Notes under the pieces: model-generated
What the model was told of the DNA's origin: nothing
Seen by the model: only the letters and a program-made list of their open reading frames with translations
Database searches by the model: none
Translations under genes and position numbers: made by a program
Assembly (NCBI GenBank): GCA_025340205.1
Contig: CP006868.1
Span: forward strand, 270,001-302,000
Source: Ignicoccus pacificus DSM 13166
GTDB taxonomy: Archaea; Thermoproteota; Thermoprotei_A; Sulfolobales; Ignicoccaceae
DNA: 32,000 nucleotides
Direction: 5' to 3'
In this document: piece by piece, positions 7,770 to 15,953 of the stretch
How positions within the stretch are numbered: the stretch's first letter is position 1
Layout: each line of letters opens with the position of its first letter

Positions 7770-10700
7770 CTCAAAGTGTTACTCCATATCAAGAGGAAAC
7801 GGGCTAACTCTTTAGGCAGACAGACCATCTCAACCTTATCGCTGTTAGATGCATAGGCCTTACCATGTTCCTTCATCAATTTCTCCACTACTTCCTTTAA
7901 CCAGAGCTCCGTTTCACAGTTTCTCTTCCTCATGTTCTTTCGTACTACGTACTCAAAGAGTAAGGCTATGTTGGGATCGCACGTCCTACAATCAAATTCT
8001 CTTAAAGCTTCTGCAGCGTCGTAGAACGCTTGCCTCGATAGCACGTCTTTCACAAATATCAAGCCTAGACCTTTTTTCGTTATGTTTGCTAAGGGAAGTT
8101 CCAGTTTCTTTTTAGCGAACGTTGTATTGGGCAAGGTAGTAGAGTTATCTATATTTCTATAGGCGATAGCTATTCCATCTTTCCTTATGACCCATCCATC
8201 TGGAAAGACCTTCGTCGGTTTCTTGCCCTTCTCATCAGCTAGCCTTCTTGCATCCCTTAGTGCAAGTACTAGAGGCTCACGATAATGTTTCACAGCTATT
8301 CCGTACTTTCGTCCATATGCTATGAGAGCTGGTGCTAATGCTCCAAGAGGCAATTCCCTCGAATCTCCCTTCATCTTGATTTTTACCGTTATTTTCTTGA
8401 AACCGTCTTTTAGCTCGATCTTATTATCCTCTTCATTATCCTCGAAACTTGTTAATGATTCTGACTCGAAGCCCCAGTAAGCAGCTCTAGTGGTTTCCCA
8501 GATGTACAAGGGAGGACTATAAGCACCTTTTTCATTCAACTTTTTAACTGGAGCTAGAGCTAGTAGATCATCTCCCCCAGCATAGATCGTAGTACCTTCA
8601 TATTCATTTTCAATTAATGCAGTATCTATAACAGCGCCAACCATGGTAGAGTAAGAGATCTGCGCGAGATAGCTTGGAGTAACGACAATTGTCGGTATAC
8701 CTCTTCTCGCTCCTATCTCTTCCGGATTTAAGACATCTGAGAATCTAGTTACGTCCTTCATGGTATTTATAATTTCTTCTATTCTTTTTGCTTCTGAGCT
8801 GTTCTTAGATAACAAAGACTTTTTGAAGGATTCAAAGTACCTATTCTTATCATTTGGATCCTCGGTCAGCTTTCCAGTAAGTATTAAATTCATGTTGTCT
8901 CCATCGGCTCTAATGATCGCGTAGTATTTCCTTGCCTTTAATATTGCCTCCTTTATTTCTTGTAATATGTCACCTTTTACGATTATATAATTTCTGGTGA
9001 CTGGATCAAGTACTCTCACTATTTTAACGGTATCCTGTTTAAGAAACGTGTTTTCTAGAGAAACCGTTTGAATCATTTTTTCTATTAATTCATCAAGCTG
9101 ATAATCAGTCGAATTCTTCTTGCCATTAGCTTCTTCTATCTCTACTTTTATCGTATCGGTACTCTTCCCATTTCTTTTTCGCTCCCTCTTTACTAGTTCC
9201 TCGAGTTGAGTTGAGAGGGCTAAGTTCAAGAGGTCTACGCTTCTTCGCGTTTTAATTTTGAGTGCAGCATCAAGAAGAGACTCGAACAGACCAAGGTTCA
9301 AATACCATTCATATCCAAGTATTCTCTTTATAAGGCAATAGGGACAGAGAGCCTCACGCTCTCTTATAAGAACTATTCCTTTTTCTGAGTTTATCACGAA
9401 TTCTCCATTATTTCTTTTCAATACCTTTATTGGATCATCGCTTCTGTTCTTTATTATCGCCGGGAGTCCGCAGCGACACTCCACTCTAGCGACCTTTGGA
9501 TCGTTTCCGAGAAGATTCAGCCTCGATAAGTCCAACTTTACGGCGTCAAATGATTCCCTCCTGAGCTTGTTCGCCCATAACCAATGGAAGAAGAGTTTTT
9601 TCTTTAATTCATCTTTCTGATTACCTTTTTTTGATTTTTCTTCGCCTTCATTAATATTGTATTTCTCTAAGAGTTCATTAAGTTCTTTGTTATTCTCAAT
9701 ATGTTTCTTAAATATATCTTCATATTCTTTCCACGCGTCTTCAAGCTTGATCTCGACTATCGAAAGCGGTAGAGGTGGGACCTTTACGGTATTTCCGATC
9801 ATTTCCTCGATTTTCTCCTTTGTGAGCTCACAACTTACTCTATTTTCTTCACACGTATTGTAATAATCATGTAAGTTCTCTTTTACGAATTCAAATATTT
9901 TAGAGGCGAACTTTTCCCAGCAGCCCCTAAACTTTTCTCCAAAATACTCACTCCAAGAGGTTATGTCTTTCTCTAGCAATTCTTTGGCAATGTCAAGAGG
10001 AGGTAAGAGCAAAGTAGCAGTAGCGGGCATTACCGGATGTTCAGGGTTGAGAAGATAATTCGAGTGCGAACGGTGTTTAGATCTTGATTCGTTCGACTCT
10101 CTTCTTGGTGTTGATTCAGCAAGATCATCGTCATTATCGAGTAATAAACCCTTAAGGAACTTGTTATTTACCATGTGTAAATAGAAGGGGTTGAAGCGTG
10201 CCGTCGGAAGGAGCATTGTATCGGGTCCTATCTTCTCCACTACCTCCCTTATCGTGCACCACATAAGCGCAGATACTAACCAGCTGGAGGCCCAAAGATC
10301 CACTGGACCCCTCGAGTTGCTTATAAATTCTTGAACGTTTTCTATCTTTAATTTAATCATATATCCTTTCCATTTTCTGTTCCATATTACATTCACCATT
10401 TGTGCCGTAGCTGAGAGGTGATCGAATATGGTGTGATGAGGAACCCTCGTCTCTGCGACTGGAGGAACTCCAACTATTCCGTACCATAGGGGTTCAGCGA
10501 AAGCGTAAAGGACGTGGTATTTTTTCCTCAAACAATCTGTTGAATCTTCTTCATCACATTTGGTAGCACCTAGTAGCGACTTTAGCAAATTATAGAATTG
10601 ATACATTTTTTGAACTAAAGGATAAACTTCTTTATCATTTTCATGAAGAAAGTCGGGATTTGTGATATTGACCAAATGAGGGAAATTGAAAATATTTTCT

Positions 10701-11101
10701 CTTTTTCTCTTTGTAAGTAACCAACGATCAAGAGATGAGGCTATTTGATCGTAGCCCCATTTACTTTTACCACCTGTATACTTTTCTATTATCTCTATTA
10801 TCTCGTCTTCACTGAGTAATGATGCAAATAAATACTTTATTACTACAATAGCTTCTATTTCATGCATTCTTTTTCTGGAGTACTTCTTGTCATTACTCTT
10901 CTTTTTCCTTTCTTCATAGAACTTATATATCAGATTGTTTTTGTCCTCACAATTGTCTTCACAATTCTTGCTTACCCTTTTTGCCCATCTACCTTCACTT
11001 CTATTTATTATCCATGGCTTGTGAAACGGATCATGAAGATAGGCTACTATCTTTTTCTTAAAGAATTTAGTTTTATCAAGCTTGCTGCTCACTGTTATCA
11101 T
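7766..11101 (-). CDS. cas10: Cas10/Cmr2, type III large subunit (HD domain, Zn finger, two Palm/cyclase domains)
   Basis: 'AYLHDPFHKPW' (HD at 11030-11035) is the Cmr2-type N-terminal HD motif. The treble-clef cysteines 'CRCG...CPYCLIKR' are present. 'IIRADGDNMN' and 'IYAGGDDLLALAP' (GGDD at 8567-8578) are the Palm motifs. The protein is 1111 aa. Confidence 0.9.
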   Translation of the reverse strand: MITVSSKLDKTKFFKKKIVAYLHDPFHKPWIINRSEGRWAKRVSKNCEDNCEDKNNLIYKFYEERKKKSNDKKYSRKRMHEIEAIVVIKYLFASLLSEDEIIEIIEKYTGGKSKWGYDQIASSLDRWLLTKRKRENIFNFPHLVNITNPDFLHENDKEVYPLVQKMYQFYNLLKSLLGATKCDEEDSTDCLRKKYHVLYAFAEPLWYGIVGVPPVAETRVPHHTIFDHLSATAQMVNVIWNRKWKGYMIKLKIENVQEFISNSRGPVDLWASSWLVSALMWCTIREVVEKIGPDTMLLPTARFNPFYLHMVNNKFLKGLLLDNDDDLAESTPRRESNESRSKHRSHSNYLLNPEHPVMPATATLLLPPLDIAKELLEKDITSWSEYFGEKFRGCWEKFASKIFEFVKENLHDYYNTCEENRVSCELTKEKIEEMIGNTVKVPPLPLSIVEIKLEDAWKEYEDIFKKHIENNKELNELLEKYNINEGEEKSKKGNQKDELKKKLFFHWLWANKLRRESFDAVKLDLSRLNLLGNDPKVARVECRCGLPAIIKNRSDDPIKVLKRNNGEFVINSEKGIVLIREREALCPYCLIKRILGYEWYLNLGLFESLLDAALKIKTRRSVDLLNLALSTQLEELVKRERKRNGKSTDTIKVEIEEANGKKNSTDYQLDELIEKMIQTVSLENTFLKQDTVKIVRVLDPVTRNYIIVKGDILQEIKEAILKARKYYAIIRADGDNMNLILTGKLTEDPNDKNRYFESFKKSLLSKNSSEAKRIEEIINTMKDVTRFSDVLNPEEIGARRGIPTIVVTPSYLAQISYSTMVGAVIDTALIENEYEGTTIYAGGDDLLALAPVKKLNEKGAYSPPLYIWETTRAAYWGFESESLTSFEDNEEDNKIELKDGFKKITVKIKMKGDSRELPLGALAPALIAYGRKYGIAVKHYREPLVLALRDARRLADEKGKKPTKVFPDGWVIRKDGIAIAYRNIDNSTTLPNTTFAKKKLELPLANITKKGLGLIFVKDVLSRQAFYDAAEALREFDCRTCDPNIALLFEYVVRKNMRKRNCETELWLKEVVEKLMKEHGKAYASNSDKVEMVCLPKELARFLLIWSNTLR

Positions 11102-11666
11102 CCTCCTTTATGTAAGCTTCAACTAATTTCTTGAGTTCGATAGAGTATTCAATTACCATTTTTTCTAATATAGATCTTGAAGTTCCATCCCACATTAATA
11201 TTTCCTCTAACAAATCTAATAATCCACAAAAGTTAGAGGTAGTTCGAAATTCTCCCCTTCCTAACTTTCTTCCTATGTGTTCTATTGCTGAGACATAACA
11301 CGCTAACGCTATGCTGTAGCTGACCTTCTCGGTCTTTGATTCAAGATCATTTAGAGTAATGCTTTCCGCAACTGAAAGAGCATTATCTGGGTTTCTAAAA
11401 TCATTAATGATACTCTCGAAGGTCTTTGGATCCGATTTCGACATGTAAAATGTTAGGGTTCGGAGGAGCCCATCAGAGCTAGCCATAGATGGGAATGACC
11501 TCACTCTACTCCTAACTCCCTTCTTCATTGCTATCTTTGTTTCTTCCTTAATTTTCCCGTCCACTTTTTGTAAATCATCAAAGGTATTCTTTATGATTCC
11601 TGCATGCCTCACGGCAAGTAATATTAAATCGAGGTCGGAGGGTTCCGATGTCAAAGTCCTTTTCAC
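11076..11666 (-). CDS. cmr5: Type III small subunit Cmr5 (Cas11)
   Basis: 196-aa all-helical protein between cmr4 and cas10. 'VRSRVRSFPSMASSDGLLRTLTFYMSK' fits the Cmr5 pattern (lr..v..lP.mI..nGL..tlaFl.sK). The helical C-terminus 'IEYSIELKKLVEAY' also fits. Confidence 0.6.
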   Translation of the reverse strand: MKRTLTSEPSDLDLILLAVRHAGIIKNTFDDLQKVDGKIKEETKIAMKKGVRSRVRSFPSMASSDGLLRTLTFYMSKSDPKTFESIINDFRNPDNALSVAESITLNDLESKTEKVSYSIALACYVSAIEHIGRKLGRGEFRTTSNFCGLLDLLEEILMWDGTSRSILEKMVIEYSIELKKLVEAYIKEDDNSEQQA

Positions 11667-12712
11667 CTCAGCAGGAACTTAAGCATTCCCTTCCCTAGCG
11701 TCTCCTTTCCTCCTAATGCTAGATCGAACTCCACTGGGCCTCTTGTCTTGTTGTCTTTTGAGAGTAGGCGCTTGAGTACCTCTATCGGTTCTTCCTTCAC
11801 TAATGTCATTAGCTCCTCTTCCTCTGACACTTTTTTGTTATTGTTATCAGAAGAACTCTCACAATATTCGTTTTCAAATCCTCTTGTACCTATTAGGCCA
11901 GTGAATACCGTACCATGAGGTAGGTATTCTTCTTTCCAAACTCCTCCTCGTTGAACCGTCTTTTTCCTATAGTTTAATCTAATCCTTGTAACCCTAAACA
12001 AGGCCTTCTCTATAATATTTACTATGTCTGCATCCTCAAAGAGGTAAACTTTAGTGTGTTGGAGGAAAGGTATTAGATTAGAAATGTCCTCTTTTTTACT
12101 GCCAAGAACCCTAGCCATCCTCTCTTCGATTTCATCGTCTAATTCAACTGCTTCGAACTTCTCTAATTCTACAAATACTTTTTTCTTTTCCTTGTTTTTG
12201 ATGGAGTTTGGATCTATATTCAAATCTATACCATTAAGCTTAGCTCTAGAGAGAAGATAGGGACTAGTTGCATAAGCGAAAACATCATTTAAACTCGGAA
12301 AAGGAATGAATAGGGGATAGAGATCGCCTAGTATGAGCTTTGATGCACCCTTCTCCGTATCTTCGGGTTCATGGCCTAATAGACAGCAGATGAGGTTACA
12401 CGTATTAACATTCTCTTTTTTGTTTGATTGATTTTCACTTTTCTTAACTTCACACTTAACCCTTCCACCACTATCCAAACATCTAAACTTTCTTGCCAGT
12501 GATGACTTCAATGAACCTTTAAACGAAGACGCTGGAATAAAAGGTATTCCGAAGGGATCCCTTATTATTGGGAGATCTACGACTCCCCTGCTTCCTTCGG
12601 CTCCAACGTGAACGTGAGTCAACGCTATCGCAAGCAAGGGTGAGGTTTCCTTCAAGGAGTTTGACCCATCTATCCATTTGGACGGTAAGTTATAAAGAGT
12701 TCTTTGATTCAC
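11663..12712 (-). CDS. cmr4: Type III-B backbone RAMP Cmr4 (Cas7); the true start may lie about 25 codons downstream
   Basis: 'ALTHVHVGAEGSRGVVDLPIIRDPFGIPFIPASSFKGSLKS' includes the catalytic-Asp context and the P.IPgSSlKG motif. 'CNLICCLLGHE' and the C-terminal 'LGGKETLGKGMLKF' G-rich loop are also present. The annotated GTG start is only 14 nt from the divergent gene. Confidence 0.8.
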   Translation of the reverse strand: MNQRTLYNLPSKWIDGSNSLKETSPLLAIALTHVHVGAEGSRGVVDLPIIRDPFGIPFIPASSFKGSLKSSLARKFRCLDSGGRVKCEVKKSENQSNKKENVNTCNLICCLLGHEPEDTEKGASKLILGDLYPLFIPFPSLNDVFAYATSPYLLSRAKLNGIDLNIDPNSIKNKEKKKVFVELEKFEAVELDDEIEERMARVLGSKKEDISNLIPFLQHTKVYLFEDADIVNIIEKALFRVTRIRLNYRKKTVQRGGVWKEEYLPHGTVFTGLIGTRGFENEYCESSSDNNNKKVSEEEELMTLVKEEPIEVLKRLLSKDNKTRGPVEFDLALGGKETLGKGMLKFLLR

Positions 12713-12726
12713 TTACTTGATAGAAG

Positions 12727-13299
12727 TTGAGCGTTCTCCAGAGCCCTTTAGCGGTCGCTTACCTTCATGGCAAGATATTGTGTAAGATCATAGAAGATAA
12801 TACAGATGAGAACTTTCAGAAGGCCCTTAGATCAATACTCCGCTCCCTTCCTTCGGAGCTTAGCGATTCTGGCTACATTGGTGTTCTATCCATGAAGCTT
12901 TACAAGACATGGGAACAATCAAGCGTTCTCGCAGATCTATACCTTGATCTCTTGCCAAGTGTTGACTTGGAAAGGAATAAGAAAGAAGATATCGAAAAGA
13001 GTATTGAGAATGTAAAAACAAAGATAATAAACCTTATACAAAATACGGCAGATAAAAGAACTCTCGCCGAGAGCCTCGTTACATCAATGCTAATCGTGGC
13101 CTTAGCTACGCTTAATCCATCTTGCAAGAAGTGTCTTGATATACAGCTCAGCGTCGCTCTAAGGAAGCTTTTGAGCGGGAAGTGCTGTAAAATACCGGAG
13201 AGAGCAATTCTTCTGTACTCGGAGGAGATGAAGAAGTTTGTAGACGGAATAGTCCAAGTGGAGGAGGGAAAGGACAATGAGTCTCGAGATCGACTTTAA
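12727..13299 (+). CDS. Helical protein, candidate second Cas11/Cmr5-like small subunit
   Basis: 190 aa with a TTG start. 'ALRSILRSLPSELSDSGYIGVLSM' parallels 'VRSRVRSFPSMASSDGLLRTLTF' of the neighbouring Cmr5. The C-terminus 'ILLYSEEMKKFVDGIV' parallels 'VIEYSIELKKLVEAYI'. Confidence 0.4.
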   Translation: MSVLQSPLAVAYLHGKILCKIIEDNTDENFQKALRSILRSLPSELSDSGYIGVLSMKLYKTWEQSSVLADLYLDLLPSVDLERNKKEDIEKSIENVKTKIINLIQNTADKRTLAESLVTSMLIVALATLNPSCKKCLDIQLSVALRKLLSGKCCKIPERAILLYSEEMKKFVDGIVQVEEGKDNESRDRL

Positions 13300-14830
13300 T
13301 GAGTATCTCAGAAATGATCAATTAGAAGATCCCCCTCTGGAATTCTTAGGCACCTTCGTAAATATAACTCCCTACATGGGCGGTAGCTTTGACAACGGCA
13401 AAACGTTCAGAGGCAACCGCTTCATAGGTCATCCTACAGCGCAAGCAATAAAGGCGAGAGCTCGTTACGCCTCCTTACTCGCGCTAACTTCTTTCATTAC
13501 TAGTCCTCAAAGTTACAAGGATGCATTCAAAATAAAAGTAATTATCGAAGGAGATAAAGAAGAAATTCCCTTACTCTGTTTGATCTATGGTTGTGTAGAC
13601 TCTCATCAATTCGGTTCCCCCTTTCACTTGATAGTTAAGAACGTAAGGGGAGCCAAGAAGTGGCGCAACGCCGGAAACAGGAAAGCGAAAGATAGGTACA
13701 ATGCTATTCTAAGAAGAAACGATAAGAGAATGGAGTTAGCTCCTGCAGAAACCGGTACTGTAAGTTTTGAGTTACACGTCTCCGTTGATGAGGATAGATT
13801 GGTCTTATTAGAACTCACTCCTAGAGAGATCGAGATACTTAAGGAAATATTCGAATCAAGCGTTCTCGTAGCGCTATCTCTCTTCGGTATAGGAAAGGCA
13901 GCTAGCCGAGGATTCGGACGCTTCTGGAAAAAAGACGAAGAGCTAACTTTTGAGAAACTGATAGAAAACGTGGAAAAGTTGTTGGAACATTGGAAAGAGC
14001 TATTAAGCAAATTAAAGAAGTCAGATAAGCTAAAAATATATAAAGATGAGATCGAACTAAAGGATGATTACTCAAAGGATATTATTATTGGAAAGGTTCC
14101 CCACTTGGGATTCATTCCAAGGATAAAGACCGAGTTTTCAAACGAACTCTTCATGAGATCTAGAGCTCCAATTGATACTAAGATAGAGATGATTGCTAGG
14201 GCAGTGTTGAAGTCCAATTGGAGAAGAAGGAGTTCCGGAGGCGGAGCTCGCTTCCACACGTGGCCTCTAGGTCTCCCAAGGTCCTCAAAGATCAAATGTA
14301 CATGCTATGGATATGATGGGAATTATCAAAGATACGGATACTTCGTAACAAGCATGATCAGTCCCACGAGAGAAATCGCTTGTGAACACTCTAGACCTTG
14401 CGGAGGCTCAAACATCCCAACAACGGAAGATAGGCACCAATCCATGGTTTACTTCATTCCATTGAAGGAAGGAATAGTAATAGTTCCTTTCTTCACTGAT
14501 GCAATGAAAGATGAGCTGATATTTACGAGAACTGCTCGGAAACTTTACCATGTTGGAGGAATCTTCGTTGAAGGTAAGCCTTGCTGTAATAGAAGGTTCA
14601 TAAGCGTTTCGAGGGTGCTTCTTGGAAGAGACCCAATCAAGTTCCCAGAGGCTCGCGAAGGATGTGATTGTGGAAGCGAAAGACTGGGAATAGCAAGGCC
14701 GCCGAGAAGGTCCCCGAGGTTAATGAATGAGGTTACAAAAGGCAGTCGAGGTAGAGATGATCGATTATATAGGGAAGCGTTGGCAGCATCACTGGAATGG
14801 ACAATCTTCGTACTAAAAAGAAGATTCTAA
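13277..14830 (+). CDS. cmr1: Cmr1-like RAMP (Cas7-family) with a compositionally distinct Cys/Arg/Gly-rich C-terminal extension
   Basis: 'FVNITPYMGGSFDNGKTFRGNR...PTAQAIKARARYASL' fits the Cmr1 pattern (TPlf.gG...R.psiKG.lRfw.Ra). The G-rich loop is 'LFGIGKAASRGFGRFW'. From about aa 310 the composition changes (RRRSSGGGARFHTWPLGLPRSS, several CxC/CC pairs). Confidence 0.55.
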   Translation: MSLEIDFNEYLRNDQLEDPPLEFLGTFVNITPYMGGSFDNGKTFRGNRFIGHPTAQAIKARARYASLLALTSFITSPQSYKDAFKIKVIIEGDKEEIPLLCLIYGCVDSHQFGSPFHLIVKNVRGAKKWRNAGNRKAKDRYNAILRRNDKRMELAPAETGTVSFELHVSVDEDRLVLLELTPREIEILKEIFESSVLVALSLFGIGKAASRGFGRFWKKDEELTFEKLIENVEKLLEHWKELLSKLKKSDKLKIYKDEIELKDDYSKDIIIGKVPHLGFIPRIKTEFSNELFMRSRAPIDTKIEMIARAVLKSNWRRRSSGGGARFHTWPLGLPRSSKIKCTCYGYDGNYQRYGYFVTSMISPTREIACEHSRPCGGSNIPTTEDRHQSMVYFIPLKEGIVIVPFFTDAMKDELIFTRTARKLYHVGGIFVEGKPCCNRRFISVSRVLLGRDPIKFPEAREGCDCGSERLGIARPPRRSPRLMNEVTKGSRGRDDRLYREALAASLEWTIFVLKRRF

Positions 14831-14894
14831 GCGAAAGGTCCTCGAAGGAAAAAGATAAAATAAGGGAAACGAAAGTTCTTTTGGATGGAAACAT

Positions 14895-15911
14895 ATGGCA
14901 TATGCCATCCCCTTTAATATAAATGAAATACCTCAAAGGTACGAAATATTTGAAAAATTAAACTTATTCTATAATGAGAGTGCTACTTTTCTCTCAAGGG
15001 TGTTGAATAGAAATGAAAACGATCTTCTAACGTTGTTCCATGAGAATGGTAGCTTCCTCTTCGAAACTTATCTAAGAAAGATAATGTTCATTGAATACAA
15101 AGGAAATATAATGACCTTTGAGGGCCCTCCTGGAAGCGGAAAGTCCACAGCACTCTTGTCACTCACAATGGGAGGATCGGACTTTTACCTTGATGGTAAT
15201 CGAAACGAAATTAACGAAATTTTTAGACAAAGACCCATATTTCCTTTGGCTATTGTTGATGTTCAAGTAGTTCCAGAAGAAGATAGCTTATTCTCTTGGA
15301 TCGAGGGATATATGAATAATTATTTATCGATATTATTTGACCATTTTGAGAGAAGTTCATGTCCTACAGAAGCTATGGAAAGGGTAGAAATTACAAAAAA
15401 GACGTTTAATGAAGTGGCAAGATCACTAGGATTCTTAATGCTCGATAAGGATCAATTAGCACAAACGATGGCAACCGATCTCAGCGAATATATTGACAAC
15501 TTAAAGAAGATATCAAAAAGTGGGATGGAATTTAGAGAAAATTACTTAAAATTTGCTAGAGAGCTGCGATTACTACTTAAAGAACTACGGGCTACAGAAC
15601 ATTATCCCTTACTCCTCTTCGCTTTCGATAATGTAGAAAGCAATCTTAAGACGTTTAGAGAAATTATGACACTCTGTAAGCTAATCTCAGTAGATCCCTT
15701 GAGCTTGTGTATCTTAGCCATACGTGATTACAGACCTCTTTTGCCAGCACTCCTTAGTTGGGATGCATGGGAAAATTTACAATACCTAAACGATATCACT
15801 GCGGAACGTGATGAGATAGCGTATGAGCTATTATATAGAATTACAATACTCGATGCAATAAACACCATTGAGAAGCTCTTTCTACCTCAATATATTATAA
15901 AGTTTAGGTAA
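14895..15911 (+). CDS. P-loop NTPase of unassigned family, embedded in the cmr operon
   Basis: Walker A is 'FEGPPGSGKSTALLSL' (15123-15149). The Walker-B candidate is 'YPLLLFAFDNVE'. It has the same strand and AT-rich composition as the cas genes. Confidence 0.6.
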   Translation: MAYAIPFNINEIPQRYEIFEKLNLFYNESATFLSRVLNRNENDLLTLFHENGSFLFETYLRKIMFIEYKGNIMTFEGPPGSGKSTALLSLTMGGSDFYLDGNRNEINEIFRQRPIFPLAIVDVQVVPEEDSLFSWIEGYMNNYLSILFDHFERSSCPTEAMERVEITKKTFNEVARSLGFLMLDKDQLAQTMATDLSEYIDNLKKISKSGMEFRENYLKFARELRLLLKELRATEHYPLLLFAFDNVESNLKTFREIMTLCKLISVDPLSLCILAIRDYRPLLPALLSWDAWENLQYLNDITAERDEIAYELLYRITILDAINTIEKLFLPQYIIKFR

Positions 15912-15953
15912 CATTGTCAGTTAACTTATACTTCATAATGGAGGTGTGAATCC

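Noticed and set aside
7849-11134. Several 68-90-aa plus-strand ORFs inside cas10 (7849..8115, 9657..9863, 10862..11134), and similar ones antisense to cmr4, cmr1-like, the deaminase and the mcrB-like gene
   Set aside because: All are antisense to long motif-bearing genes and are low-complexity (Ser/Leu/Phe-rich) products of AT-rich DNA.
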